The notes: generated by a model from the sequence alone, not told the origin. A stretch of 64,000 nt of DNA from Myxococcota bacterium (GCA_040386535.1 JAZKFH010000023.1:32001-96000); one strand, 5' to 3'; positions 8,774 to 18,925 are shown, numbered from the stretch's first letter. A program made the numbers and translations.

Positions 8774-10762
8774 GTGCACGCCGACCCGGCCGGGCTCCTC
8801 GACGACCTGAACGACGATCAACGCGCCGTCGTGACCGCGCTCACGGGCCCCATGCTCGTGGTGGCCGGCGCGGGGTCGGGCAAGACCACCACGCTTGTCC
8901 GCCGCGTCGCCTGGATGATCCGCTCGGGCGTACCTCCCGCGTCGATCCTCCTCCTCACGTTCACGCGCGCGTCCGCCGCCCACATGCTCGGCCGCGCGCG
9001 CGGGCTCGTGCCGGAGGCGCGCGACGTGACCGGGGGCACGTTCCACTCCGTCGCCAACACCGTCCTGCGCGAGCTGCACGCGGTCTTCGGCCTGCCGCAG
9101 AACTTCACGATCCTCGACCCCGACGACGTCGAGCAGGCGGTGAAAGTCGCCGTCGCGGAGACCCCGTTTCCGGAGAAGGGCCGCGCCCCCCGCCCCTCCA
9201 CGGTGGCGGCCGTCCTGTCCCTGCGCGCGAACACCCGGTGCACCCTCTCCGCGGCGGTGGCGCGGCGCGCGCCCGACTACGCGGGGAAGGAGGCCTGGTT
9301 CGAGGCCATCGGGAACGCCTACGCCGCCTGGAAGCTCGATCGGGGCCTGCTCGACTACGACGATCTGCTCGTCTACCTCGCCCACGCGCTCGCCAACGCC
9401 GAGGTGGGCGCGTGGCTCCGCGCGCGCTGGCCGCACGTGCTGGTCGACGAGCACCAGGACTCCAACGCGCTCCAGCTCGAGATCGTGTACGGGCTGGGCG
9501 GCCCGGGGGACGCGCCCAACGTGATGGTCGTGGGCGATCCGGCGCAGGCGATCTACGGGTTCCGCGGCTCCGCGCCCGCCACCCTGATGCATTTTCGCGA
9601 GCGGTGGCCCGCGGCGCGGGTGTTGCCGCTCGAGGTCAACTACCGCTCGACCCAGCCCATCCTCGATCTGGTCAACGCCATCGACAGCGCGATGACGCCG
9701 CGCTTCGACCGCACCCTCACCGCCGCCTCGCCCGCGCACGCCGAGCGGCCGCTGTTGGTCGTGTGCGCGGACGACCGCGTCCAGTCCGAGGAGGTGTGCC
9801 GCCGCATCCTCGCCGGGCGCGACCAGGGCGTCGAGCTCGCCGACCAGGCCGTGCTCGTGCGTTCGATGTGGGCCGCGCGGCGGCTGGAGGCCGAGCTCAT
9901 CGCGATGCGCATCCCGTACCGCGTCGTCGGCGGGCTCCGCATCGACGAGGCCGCGCACGTCAAGGACGCGCTCTCCCTCGCGCGTGTGGTCGACAACCCC
10001 CTGAACGAGCCCGCCTGGGCCCGGCTGTTCGGGCTGCTGCCGGGCGTCGGGCCCGCCGCGATCAAGAAGCTCGTCGCGCACGTGCGGGCCGGCCCCGACG
10101 GCGCCGCGTCGGACCGGCTGGAAGGCGCCCCGTGGCCCCGGAAGACCGATCCGGCGCCGCTCCGGGAGGCGCTGGCGGTGCTCTCCGGCACGGGCCCCGT
10201 GTCGGCGCGCCTCCGTACGGCGCTCGTCGCGTTCGAGCCCGTGTTCGAGGCGCGGTACGAGGCCGAGTGGCTCGATCGCCGGCGGGATCTCGACGTTGTG
10301 GCGGGCCTCGCCGACGATCACGACTCGCTCACGTCGTTTCTCGCCGCAATCACCATCGACTACGGGCTCGACGCCCGCGAGCGGGGCGGCACCGCGCCCC
10401 GGCCCGAGGAGCGGCCCCTCACGCTCTCGACCATCCACTCGGCGAAGGGCCTGGAGTGGCACACGGTCCACCTCCCGAGCTTCGTCGCGGGGCACTTTCC
10501 GTCCCCCTACGCGGCGTTCCCCGAGGAGATGGCTGAGGAGCTCCGCATCTTCTACGTCGCGACGTCCCGCGCGCGCCGCCGCCTCGTGTTCTACCGCCCC
10601 GTCGTGGGCGACCACGGCATGTTGCGTGCCGAGAGCCCGTACGAGCGCCTCGTCGAGCCCTTCGTCGACCGGGAGGATCCGCCGCCGCCGAAGGGGAAGG
10701 GCCCCGCGGCCTTGCCGACCGTGCGGCTGGACATGCGCGCCGTCCTCCTCGGGAAGAGCTAG
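8774..10762 (+). CDS. UvrD/Rep/PcrA-family ATP-dependent helicase
   Basis: LNDDQR, VVAGAGSGKTT, LVDEHQD, VVGDPAQAIYGFRG, NYRST, LSTIHSAKGLEW, EELRIFYVATSRAR. Confidence 0.95.
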   Translation: MHADPAGLLDDLNDDQRAVVTALTGPMLVVAGAGSGKTTTLVRRVAWMIRSGVPPASILLLTFTRASAAHMLGRARGLVPEARDVTGGTFHSVANTVLRELHAVFGLPQNFTILDPDDVEQAVKVAVAETPFPEKGRAPRPSTVAAVLSLRANTRCTLSAAVARRAPDYAGKEAWFEAIGNAYAAWKLDRGLLDYDDLLVYLAHALANAEVGAWLRARWPHVLVDEHQDSNALQLEIVYGLGGPGDAPNVMVVGDPAQAIYGFRGSAPATLMHFRERWPAARVLPLEVNYRSTQPILDLVNAIDSAMTPRFDRTLTAASPAHAERPLLVVCADDRVQSEEVCRRILAGRDQGVELADQAVLVRSMWAARRLEAELIAMRIPYRVVGGLRIDEAAHVKDALSLARVVDNPLNEPAWARLFGLLPGVGPAAIKKLVAHVRAGPDGAASDRLEGAPWPRKTDPAPLREALAVLSGTGPVSARLRTALVAFEPVFEARYEAEWLDRRRDLDVVAGLADDHDSLTSFLAAITIDYGLDARERGGTAPRPEERPLTLSTIHSAKGLEWHTVHLPSFVAGHFPSPYAAFPEEMAEELRIFYVATSRARRRLVFYRPVVGDHGMLRAESPYERLVEPFVDREDPPPPKGKGPAALPTVRLDMRAVLLGKS

Positions 10763-10778
10763 GCCTGCTCGAGAAGGC

Positions 10779-11597
10779 TTAGTCCCTCGTCGCGGCGCGA
10801 TCGGCCTCACCCAGCGCCTGGACGCGCGCGAACACGGCGCGGCTGACGGAGGCGGCGTCGGGTCCGAGCGCCCGCGCCTCGCCGACGGTGAGGGGCGCGC
10901 CGAACCGCACCCGCACGGGCTCCGCGGCGCCGATGCCGAAGTTCGAGAGCACCTGGCCCCCGAAGGCGTTCTTCAGGCCGAGCACGAACAGGGGGACGAT
11001 CACGACGGTCTCGGGGACCGCCAGGATGATCTCTCCCAGGCCGGCCCGCGCCGGCAGGTACGTGTAGGGGTCGGGGCCCTTGCCGCGCGTGCCCTCCGGA
11101 TGGATGCCGACCACGGCGCCGGGCGTCGTGAGCACGTGCGCGATCTGGTCGAGCCCCACGGGGTTGAGCGTGCCGCGGCGGTCGTCGCGGAACACCGGGG
11201 GCCACATCGCGCCGCCGGAGATCGCGAGGTTGACCAGGACGCCGAACGGGTGGTCGTAGAAGAAGTTCGACCGCACCGGGAAGTAGAGCCGCTCGAGGAA
11301 GCCGACGTTCTCGTACAGGAACGCGCTCACGACGTACATGTCGAAGAAGCTGCGGTGATTCGACACGAGGATGACGCCGTTCGGAGGCGCGAGTGTACGC
11401 AGCGGCTCCAGCCCGTCGATCGTGACGAGGTTGCGGGTGCAGGCGCGCACCCAGCGCGCGCTCACGTGCCGCACGATCCACTGCACCGCGGCCTTGGCGC
11501 CGCCGGGGCCGTTGAGCCCGTCGAGCAGGGGCACCGCGAGGCGCTCCACGCCGCGCAGCAGGTCGCGGGGCATCGACGGGAGGGTGGGCGGCGGCAC
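10779..11597 (-). CDS. Lysophospholipid acyltransferase (PlsC/LPLAT family)
   Basis: SNHRSFFD (HxxxxD) and HPEGTR motifs in the C-terminal part of the 10779..13124 frame. Likely GTG start 11597 after AGAGGA (alternative ATG 11573). Confidence 0.88.
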   Translation of the reverse strand: MPPPTLPSMPRDLLRGVERLAVPLLDGLNGPGGAKAAVQWIVRHVSARWVRACTRNLVTIDGLEPLRTLAPPNGVILVSNHRSFFDMYVVSAFLYENVGFLERLYFPVRSNFFYDHPFGVLVNLAISGGAMWPPVFRDDRRGTLNPVGLDQIAHVLTTPGAVVGIHPEGTRGKGPDPYTYLPARAGLGEIILAVPETVVIVPLFVLGLKNAFGGQVLSNFGIGAAEPVRVRFGAPLTVGEARALGPDAASVSRAVFARVQALGEADRAATRD

Positions 11598-11608
11598 GGG
11601 CCGGTCCT

Positions 11609-13045
11609 CTACCGCGGCAGCGCTTCGAGGACCGCCCGCAAGTCGTCCACGAGGGCGTCGATCTGGGCCTGGTGGGTGCGGAAGGAGAGGACACACACGC
11701 GGATGACGTGGCGCCCGTCGACATCGACGCCCGTGAGGAACACCCGCTGGCGCGCGTTGACCCCGGCGAGCACGCGCCGCCCGATCGTGTCGACGGCGAC
11801 AGGATCCGTGACGCCCGGCGGCACCACGCGGAACGTGAACAGCGACAGCACGGGCAAGGAGACGATCTCGACGCCGGGCAGCGTCGCGATGCGCGTCATC
11901 GCGTCGCGGGCGAGGTCGAGCTTCTCGTCGAGGGTGGCGCGGAACACGGCGGCGCCGTGCATCTTGAGCGGCAACCACACGCGCAGGCCGCGGGGATCGC
12001 GCGACAGCTCGGGGCCGAGGTCGGCGAAGTCCCAACAGTCGGGATCGGCCTGCGCGGGCGGGAGGTAGCTGGCCGAGACCTGGTGGGCGCGCCGGAGCGC
12101 GTCGAGGTCGCGCACGACGAGCCCGCCGGTGCCGTAGGGGAGGAACAGGCCCTTGTGCGGATCGAGCGTGACGGAGTCGGCGCGATCGATGCCGGCGAGC
12201 GCCGCGCGGCCGCGCTCGGTGAGCAGGAAGAAGCCGCCGTAGGCGGCGTCGACGTGGAACCAGAGGCCCTCGCGCGCGCACACGTCCGCGATGGCGCCGA
12301 GCGGATCCACGGCGCCCGTGGCGGTGGTGCCGGCGGAGGCCACGACCATCGCCGGCGTGAACCCGGCGGCGCGATCGGCGGTGATGGCGGCCTGGAGCGC
12401 GTCGGGGAGGAGGCGGTGGACCGCGTCGGCCGGGACCTCGCGCACGTTCGCGTCGGGGAACCCGGCGATCCGCGCGGCCTTCTTGACCGAGTGGTGGGCC
12501 TGGGGCGAGGTGTAGATCGTGCCACGGAGAAAATCGGGGCCGAGCTTCGTGTGGCGGGCGGTGACGACGGCGGTGAGGTTCGCGATGGAGCCGCCCGAGG
12601 TGAGCACGCCGCCCGCGTCGGCCGGAAAGCCGACCATGGCGGCGAACCAGCGGATGACGGTGCTCTCGATCTCGACGAGGCCCGGCGCGGCCGCCCAGAT
12701 GCCGACGTACCGGTTCGTCGCGTCCGCGATGAGGTCGGCCACGGCGGCGTGGAAGATCCCGCCGCCCGGGATGTACGCGAGGTAGCCGGCGCCCGCGGTG
12801 TTCAGGCTCATCGGGAGCACGCGCTCGAAGAGCTGGCCGAGCAGGCGCCGGAACGAGACGCCGCCCTCCGGGAGCGGCTCGCGGAGCGCCCGCGCGAGCT
12901 TGTGCGCGCGGTCGAGGCGGTGCATCGGCTGCTCGGGCAACGACTCGATGAACGGCACGATGCGATCCATCGCGCGGTCGACCATGTCCCGCATCTCGTC
13001 GGAGGTGAGCTCGAGGGAGGCGGGCGGAACGTTGCGGCGGGGCAC
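11609..13045 (-). CDS. Group II PLP-dependent (aromatic amino acid-like) decarboxylase
   Basis: GVLTSGGSIANL, HHSVKKAA, AGTTATGAVDPL, WFHVDAAYGG, DSVTLDPHKGLFLPYGTG (PLP Lys). Confidence 0.93.
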   Translation of the reverse strand: MPRRNVPPASLELTSDEMRDMVDRAMDRIVPFIESLPEQPMHRLDRAHKLARALREPLPEGGVSFRRLLGQLFERVLPMSLNTAGAGYLAYIPGGGIFHAAVADLIADATNRYVGIWAAAPGLVEIESTVIRWFAAMVGFPADAGGVLTSGGSIANLTAVVTARHTKLGPDFLRGTIYTSPQAHHSVKKAARIAGFPDANVREVPADAVHRLLPDALQAAITADRAAGFTPAMVVASAGTTATGAVDPLGAIADVCAREGLWFHVDAAYGGFFLLTERGRAALAGIDRADSVTLDPHKGLFLPYGTGGLVVRDLDALRRAHQVSASYLPPAQADPDCWDFADLGPELSRDPRGLRVWLPLKMHGAAVFRATLDEKLDLARDAMTRIATLPGVEIVSLPVLSLFTFRVVPPGVTDPVAVDTIGRRVLAGVNARQRVFLTGVDVDGRHVIRVCVLSFRTHQAQIDALVDDLRAVLEALPR

Positions 13046-13092
13046 GCCCCCCCCTATCGACCCGAATACGGTGGCGCTCCACCCGGACCGTC

Positions 13093-13518
13093 ATGTCCTC
13101 TCCGCGCACGCCCTTCGTCCACACGCACGTCGTCCGCTTCGCGGAGGTCGACCCCGCGGGGATCCTGTTCTTCTCCCGCGTCGCCGAGCACTGCCACGCG
13201 GCCTACGAGGCGTTCGTCTCCGCCGCGGGGCTCTCGGTACCGGCCTACTTCGGCGGATCCTCGTGGAAGGCGCCCATCGTGCGGTGGGAGGTCGACTACC
13301 ACGCCCCGTCCCGGCTCGGCGAGACGCTCACCGTCACGATCGCGGACGTGACCCGCGGCCGCTCGTCGCTCACGATGGTGTTCAAGGTCGCCGGCCCCGA
13401 CGGGGCGCCCCGCAGCACGGCCACGATGGTCGCCGTCTTCGTCGACGGGGAGCCGCTCAAGGCCCGCGGGATTCCGGACGAGGTGAGCGTCGCGTTCGAC
13501 CGTCTGCTGTCGGCCTGA
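13093..13518 (+). CDS. Acyl-CoA thioesterase (4HBT/YbgC hotdog fold)
   Basis: VRFAEVDPAGILFFSR motif, DYHAPSRLGETL, GRSS; 141 aa. Confidence 0.88.
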   Translation: MSSPRTPFVHTHVVRFAEVDPAGILFFSRVAEHCHAAYEAFVSAAGLSVPAYFGGSSWKAPIVRWEVDYHAPSRLGETLTVTIADVTRGRSSLTMVFKVAGPDGAPRSTATMVAVFVDGEPLKARGIPDEVSVAFDRLLSA

Positions 13519-13611
13519 TTGCAGGTTTATCGGCGGCAAGGGGACGCAAATTGGATCCCCACTGCGGAGTCTTCTGTGTCCATACTCTGCCCGGGTACCA
13601 TGGAGGACACG

Positions 13612-14736
13612 ATGGGCTTGCGTATTGGGAGTTGGGTCGTTTTGGCGGCGCTGATGGGCCTCGGCTCGCCAGCGTTCGCGCAATCGGTGCCGGAGCCGGC
13701 CCCCCAACCCGAGCAGGACGGGCAGGGGCGCGGAGGTCGGGGTGCGCGCCCCGAGGCCGGACACACCCAATTCGGCGGAGGCACGTACGACAACGACGTG
13801 ATGCAGGATGACTGGTACTACGACACGTACACCACCAAGAAGGGGTTCGGGTCGGACTTCATGCAGGGGAGCAACCTGCAGGGCGCGTACGAGGGGAGCG
13901 CGGACGAGAACGATTGGTTCTTCGATTCGTACGAGATGATGGGCGGCGGCCAGGGAATGCGCGGGAACCCGCGCCCCGGTGTGGGGCGGGGCCAGCAGGA
14001 TCAACAGGGCCAGCAGGGCCAGGGTCAACAGGGTCAGCAGGGTCAGCAGGGTCAGCAGGGTCAGCAGGGTCAACAGGGTCAACAGGGCCAGCAGGGTGCC
14101 CAGGGGCAGGGCAAGGAGAACATCAACCTCAAGGGCACGGTGGCGGGCATCAAGCAGGTGGAGGTCGGCGGCGAGGCCGAGGGCGGGCCTCACTCGGTGG
14201 TCCTGCTCGAAGATGGGGACATGCGCTACGTCGTGGACCTCGGGCCGGCCCAGGCGCTCGAGAACGTCACGATCGACGTTGGCAACAACATCTCGGTCGA
14301 AGGGAAGCTCGGGCGCGTCGGCCCCCGCGCCGTGCTCTTCGCCGACCAGCTGACCACGCAGGGCCAGGAGCCCCTGAACATCCAGCAGGACCTCCAGCTG
14401 GAGAGCCAGCCGCTGCCCCGTCAGCCCGCGCGCGCCCAGGACTTCAACGGGGAGATCCTCAAGTTGAAGGAGGTGCGGCTGGACAACGGGATGTCGCACA
14501 GCGTCGCGTTGGTGGCGATCGAGAACCAGGGGGCGATGCCCATCGATCTCGGCCCGGCCGACAAGTTCGCGACGTTCGACATCAAGGAGGGCGACACCAT
14601 CACCATCAACGGCCAGGTGGTCCCCGTGGGCGAGTACCTCGTGGTGTGGGCCGACGAGCTCGACGTGAAGGGCGAGAAGATCGACCTGCGCGGGGAGCCG
14701 GTGCAGGGTGGCGGACGGTCCCGCGGCACCCGGTGA
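13612..14736 (+). CDS. Secreted protein with Gln/Gly repeat tract and two tandem OB-fold-like 'DLGP' domains
   Basis: GGAGG RBS, signal peptide ending PAFA, (QGQ)n tract, two ~85-aa repeats each with HSV..L...(V/I)DLGPA....I..G..I...G......V..AD.L. Confidence 0.7.
   Translation: MGLRIGSWVVLAALMGLGSPAFAQSVPEPAPQPEQDGQGRGGRGARPEAGHTQFGGGTYDNDVMQDDWYYDTYTTKKGFGSDFMQGSNLQGAYEGSADENDWFFDSYEMMGGGQGMRGNPRPGVGRGQQDQQGQQGQGQQGQQGQQGQQGQQGQQGQQGQQGAQGQGKENINLKGTVAGIKQVEVGGEAEGGPHSVVLLEDGDMRYVVDLGPAQALENVTIDVGNNISVEGKLGRVGPRAVLFADQLTTQGQEPLNIQQDLQLESQPLPRQPARAQDFNGEILKLKEVRLDNGMSHSVALVAIENQGAMPIDLGPADKFATFDIKEGDTITINGQVVPVGEYLVVWADELDVKGEKIDLRGEPVQGGGRSRGTR
13990..14112 (+). repeat. 9-bp tandem repeat (GGTCAGCAG-like) encoding GQQ
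   Basis: ggtcagcag/ggtcaacag/ggccagcag repeated about a dozen times within the CDS. Confidence 0.9.
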
Positions 14737-14748
14737 GGGGGCGCGGCC

Positions 14749-15684
14749 TTAGCGGCTGACAGCCGCCCAGGCCGCCGCCAGGCGCGTGGCGCGTGCCTTC
14801 TCCGCGATGCGGAGCAGGGGCGCGTCACGATGCCACCGGGCCGCCGCGGGGTCGCCCGGAGCCCAGGCCGCGGCGGCGGAGAGCTCGTCCAGGAGGGCGA
14901 GCGCGCCGCCGAGGGCGACGTGGGTGGCCGGCGCGTCGGGAGGCGCGCCGGCCAGTGCCCTGAGCGTCACGACGAGCGCCGCGAGGCGCCCCGCGAGCGC
15001 GACAGGCCAGCCGCCGGACCGCGCGCTCGCCAGGAGGTAGGCCGCCGCCGCGGCGGACACGTGGATGTCCTCGATCGTCCGGAACGGCTTGATGTACGTC
15101 GTGTAGCCGTCGCCCGGGAGGACCGCGCTCGCGTCGACCCGCACGGCGTCGAACGTGACCTCGTAGTGGGGGACCTCGGGGGTGAACGGGGTGGGCGGGA
15201 GCGCCACGAAGCGCACACCTGGCGTGTCCGCGGGGAGACGCACGAGCCGGAGTTGGTTGCGCTCGGCGTCCCACCCCGTCGACGCGGCCACGAGCAGCAC
15301 GTCACCGTCGCCCGCGAGGGTTGCCCACCGTTTGGCGCCGGTGAGCGTGAAGCCCTCCCCGTCCGCTACCAACGCCGTCTGGATCGCGCGCGGGTGGCCG
15401 CCGCCGGCCTCGGTGATGCAGAGGCACGCAGTGGTGTCCCGCCCGAGCGTGGGGACGAGGCTCCGCAGCGCGGCCCCGTAGCCGGCGGCGTACGCGTAGC
15501 CGAGCCGGTCCGCGAGGGCGCCGCCCACGATCGCGTGGTCGATGGGGCTCGGCCAGCGGGCGGCGAGCGCGCTCCAGGCGGTGCGGAAGGCGGGCATCGA
15601 GAGAGAGGCGCCCCCGTCCTCCTGCGGCCCGCGCGCGGGGCCCGCGAGGGCCGCCTGAAGCAGCGTGTCCAGGGCGTCGTCCAT
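14749..15684 (-). CDS. Acyl-CoA dehydrogenase-family protein (short form)
   Basis: LCITEAGGGHPRAI, LTGAKRWAT, LPGDGY..YIKPFRTIEDIHV. ATG 15684 after GGAGG; the track ORF upstream of this is antisense to the MFS gene. Confidence 0.8.
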   Translation of the reverse strand: MDDALDTLLQAALAGPARGPQEDGGASLSMPAFRTAWSALAARWPSPIDHAIVGGALADRLGYAYAAGYGAALRSLVPTLGRDTTACLCITEAGGGHPRAIQTALVADGEGFTLTGAKRWATLAGDGDVLLVAASTGWDAERNQLRLVRLPADTPGVRFVALPPTPFTPEVPHYEVTFDAVRVDASAVLPGDGYTTYIKPFRTIEDIHVSAAAAAYLLASARSGGWPVALAGRLAALVVTLRALAGAPPDAPATHVALGGALALLDELSAAAAWAPGDPAAARWHRDAPLLRIAEKARATRLAAAWAAVSR

Positions 15685-15769
15685 CGGGGAGCCTCCGCGG
15701 GCGCCGAGCGTATCTTTGACGGCGGCGCGCGGCCCCTTCGTCCCGTGGTTGGGGTAGAACGCCGCCACC

Positions 15770-17029
15770 ATGTCCACCGGCACCCCGTCCACCGGCACCC
15801 CGTCGATCGCGCGCTCGCCGCACCCCTTCCTGTTCACCCTCCTGATCATCCCCTTCGGGGCGGTCGGCGGGTTCGTCGGCGTCGTCCTGGCGTTCCTCGC
15901 CACGAAGCGCGGCCTCACGGTGGAGGAGGGCGCGTCCCTCATCGCCATCGGCATGTTGCCGCACGCGTGGAAGTTCTTCTGGGCGCCCGTGGCCGATATG
16001 ACCTTCTCCCGCAAGGGGTGGTACGTCGTCTCCAACGCCCTGTGCGCCCTCGGCGTGCTGCTCATGGCGGCGATCCCCCTCGGCCCGGAGAACCTCCGGC
16101 TGCTCCAGGTGGTCATCTTCGTGACCAACCTCGCCAGCACCGTGGTGGGCATGGCGGTGGAAGGGCTCATGGCCCACGCGACAGCGCCGGAGGAGCGGGG
16201 GCGCGTCGGCGGGTGGTTCCAGGCCGGGAACCTCGGCGGGAACGGCATTGGCGGGGGGCTCGGGCTCTGGCTCGCGACCACCTTCGAGGCGAGCTGGATC
16301 AGCGGCGCCGTGCTCTCCGCGCTGTTCGTGGTCTGTGGCTTCGCGTTGCTCGGCGTGCACGATCCCGGCCGCGCCGAGCGCATCGGCAGCGTGTGGAGCG
16401 CCGTGAAGACCGTGGGGCTCGACCTCTGGGGCCTCGTGCGCTCCCGCTCGGCCCTCACCGCCGCCATCCTCTGCTTCCTCCCCATCGGCACCGGCGCGGC
16501 GTCGGGCGTGCTCGCGCAGGCCGAGGTCGCCGCACGTTGGGGCTCGGGCGAGTCCGAGGTCGGCATGGTGAACGGGGTGTTCTCCGGCATCGTGGCCGCG
16601 ATCGGCTGCATCCTCGGCGGCCAGCTCTGCGGGCGCTTCGGCTCGACGCGGATGTACGCGGCGGTCGGGGCGCTGATGGCGGTCGTCACCGGCGCGATGG
16701 CGATGTCCCCGCTCGTGCCGACCACGTTCGTCGTCTTCGGGCTGGTGTACGCCTTCGTCACCGGGCTCGCCTACGCCGCCTTCTCCGGGCTGGTGCTCGA
16801 GACCATCGGGACCGGCGCGGCGGCCACCAAGTACAACATGTACGCGTCGCTCTCCAACATCCCCATCGGGTACATGGGCATGGTGCTGGCGTGGGCGGTC
16901 GGGCGGTACGGCGCCACGGGCATGTTGCTGGTGGAGTCGGGCGCGGGGCTGCTCGGGATCGCCGTCTTCGCGGTCGCCTACGCCGCGCTTCGGCCCCGCA
17001 TGGCGCCCGGACAGAGCGCGGCCGCGTAG
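15770..17029 (+). CDS. MFS transporter (AmpG-like)
   Basis: About 12 hydrophobic segments, LPHAWKFFWAPVAD...SRKGW motif typical of AmpG-like MFS, AATKYNMYASLSN. Confidence 0.85.
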   Translation: MSTGTPSTGTPSIARSPHPFLFTLLIIPFGAVGGFVGVVLAFLATKRGLTVEEGASLIAIGMLPHAWKFFWAPVADMTFSRKGWYVVSNALCALGVLLMAAIPLGPENLRLLQVVIFVTNLASTVVGMAVEGLMAHATAPEERGRVGGWFQAGNLGGNGIGGGLGLWLATTFEASWISGAVLSALFVVCGFALLGVHDPGRAERIGSVWSAVKTVGLDLWGLVRSRSALTAAILCFLPIGTGAASGVLAQAEVAARWGSGESEVGMVNGVFSGIVAAIGCILGGQLCGRFGSTRMYAAVGALMAVVTGAMAMSPLVPTTFVVFGLVYAFVTGLAYAAFSGLVLETIGTGAAATKYNMYASLSNIPIGYMGMVLAWAVGRYGATGMLLVESGAGLLGIAVFAVAYAALRPRMAPGQSAAA

Positions 17030-17065
17030 GCCCCGGGGGGAGGAGTCGTGGGTTAGGGGCAGGGG

Positions 17066-18925
17066 ATGTCCACGACCTCCATTCCTGATGTGCCCGCGCC
17101 CACCACCCTGAAGAACCGCGTCGACATCGACGATCGCCACAAGTGGGATCTGTCGCGGATCTACCCGGATTGGGCCGCGTGGAAGGCCGGCTACGACGAG
17201 CTCGCGCGCCAGGTCGACGCATACGCGGCGCTCCGGGGCACCCTCGCGACCGGCCCCGCGGCCCTGCTCGCCGCCTACCGGCTGGGGGACGCGCTCGGCC
17301 AGCTCTCCTACAAGGTCTGGTACTACGCCTCGCTCATGCACGACGAGGATCAGCGCGACAACGAGGTCGGCGGGCGTCGGCAGCAGGTGCAGATCCTGTT
17401 CGCCCGGATGGCGCAGGCGTCCGCGTGGTTCAGCCCGGAGCTGCTCGCGATCCCGCTCGCCACCGTGCGCGCGTGGATGGCGGTCAGCCTCGAGCTGGCG
17501 CTCTACCGCTTCGCCATCGAGGACCTGTATCGGCAGCAGGAGCACGTGCTGGACGAGAAGGGCGAGCACCTCCTCTCGCTCGCGGGGAGGCTCTCCGGCT
17601 CGCCGGCCGAGGCCTACGCGGCGCTCTCCACGGCCGACATCAAGTTCCCCACGCTCCGCCTCTCCGACGGGCAGGAGGTCACGCTCTCCTACGGCACCTA
17701 CCGCAAGCTGCTCGCGACGAACCGCGTGCAGGCGGACCGCGCCGCGGCCTTCCGCGCGTTCCAGGGGCTCTACGCGGACGACCTGAACACCTACGCCGCG
17801 CTCTACGACGGCGTGCTCCAGCGCGATTGGTTCCTGGCACAAGCGCGCGGATTCACCTCGACGCTCGAGGCCGCGCTCCACGGCGACAACATCCCCACCT
17901 CCGTGGTCGAGAACCTCATCGCCACAACCCGGGCCGGCGTGGCGCCGCTCCAGCGGTACCACACCCTCCGCAAGAAGGCGCTGGGCCTCGAGCGGTACTA
18001 CTCCTACGACGGCGCCCTGCCGCTGGTCCCCGACGATCGTCGGTACAGCTATGACGACGTGCTCGATTGGCTCGAGGCCTCCGTGGCCCCCCTCGGCGCG
18101 GACTACCAGGCCGAGCTCAAGGCCGCGGTGCGCGGCCGCTACATCGACGTGTACGAGAACCCCGGCAAGCGCAGCGGCGCCTACTCGGCGTCCGTCTATG
18201 GCGTCCATCCGTACGTGTTGATGAACTACAACGACACGTTGGATGCCGTGTTCACCCTCGCCCACGAGATGGGCCACTCGATGCACACCCTGCTCGCGCA
18301 CCGGCACCAGCCGTTCGCGTACGCGGGGTACACCATCTTCGTGGCAGAGGTGCCCTCCACGTTGAACGAGGCCTTGTTCCTCGAGTTCATGCTTGGGAGG
18401 ACCTCGGATCCCGCCGAGCGCGTGGTGCTCCTCCAACATGCCATCGACGAGATCGTCGGCACCTTCTACAGTCAGGTCATGTTCGCCGATTTCGAGTTGG
18501 CCGCGCACCGGCTGGTCGAGCAGGGGCAGCCCATCACGGCGGACGCGCTGTCCACGCTCTACATGGACACCGTGCGCGCCTACCATGGCGACGCCGTCGA
18601 GTACGAGGCCCCCTCCGGGTCCACCTGGGCGCGGATCTCCCACTTCTTCGGGTCGCCGTTCTACGTCTACCAATATGCTACGTGCTACGCGTCCACCGCA
18701 CAGTTGGTCGGCCAGATCACCGGCGGCGCACCGGAGGCACGTGTCACCGCGCGCGAGCGCTACCTCGATCTGCTCCGCGCGGGCGGCAGCGACCATCCGA
18801 TGGCGCTCCTCCAGCGCGCCGGCGTAGACCTGGCGCGCCCGGAGGCCGTGCAGGCGGTCGAAGGCCAGCTCGACGCGCTCGTGTCCCGGCTCCAAGCGGA
18901 GCTCGAGGCGCTCGGGGTGGTCTGA
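17066..18925 (+). CDS. pepF: Oligoendopeptidase F (M3B)
   Basis: KWDLSRIY, IDVYENPGKRSGAYS, HPYVLMNY, TLAHEMGHSMH (HEXXH), IFVAEVPST, WARISHFF..PFYVYQYAT. Confidence 0.96.
   Translation: MSTTSIPDVPAPTTLKNRVDIDDRHKWDLSRIYPDWAAWKAGYDELARQVDAYAALRGTLATGPAALLAAYRLGDALGQLSYKVWYYASLMHDEDQRDNEVGGRRQQVQILFARMAQASAWFSPELLAIPLATVRAWMAVSLELALYRFAIEDLYRQQEHVLDEKGEHLLSLAGRLSGSPAEAYAALSTADIKFPTLRLSDGQEVTLSYGTYRKLLATNRVQADRAAAFRAFQGLYADDLNTYAALYDGVLQRDWFLAQARGFTSTLEAALHGDNIPTSVVENLIATTRAGVAPLQRYHTLRKKALGLERYYSYDGALPLVPDDRRYSYDDVLDWLEASVAPLGADYQAELKAAVRGRYIDVYENPGKRSGAYSASVYGVHPYVLMNYNDTLDAVFTLAHEMGHSMHTLLAHRHQPFAYAGYTIFVAEVPSTLNEALFLEFMLGRTSDPAERVVLLQHAIDEIVGTFYSQVMFADFELAAHRLVEQGQPITADALSTLYMDTVRAYHGDAVEYEAPSGSTWARISHFFGSPFYVYQYATCYASTAQLVGQITGGAPEARVTARERYLDLLRAGGSDHPMALLQRAGVDLARPEAVQAVEGQLDALVSRLQAELEALGVV

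Noticed and set aside
13990..14112. Possible CRISPR-like or non-coding repeat array (also the DT repeats at 52897 and 57352)
   Set aside because: Short-period in-frame coding repeats with no unique spacers and no cas genes.
13612..14736. Magnetosome gene (mamS/mamX) call
   Set aside because: No CxxCH magnetochrome motifs and no other mam genes nearby; only the generic OB-like domain is similar.
15772..15803. 15-bp direct repeat TCCACCGGCACCCCG x2 at the MFS start
   Set aside because: A simple in-frame micro-duplication (STGTP x2) in a disordered N-terminus; no sign of a target-site duplication around an element.
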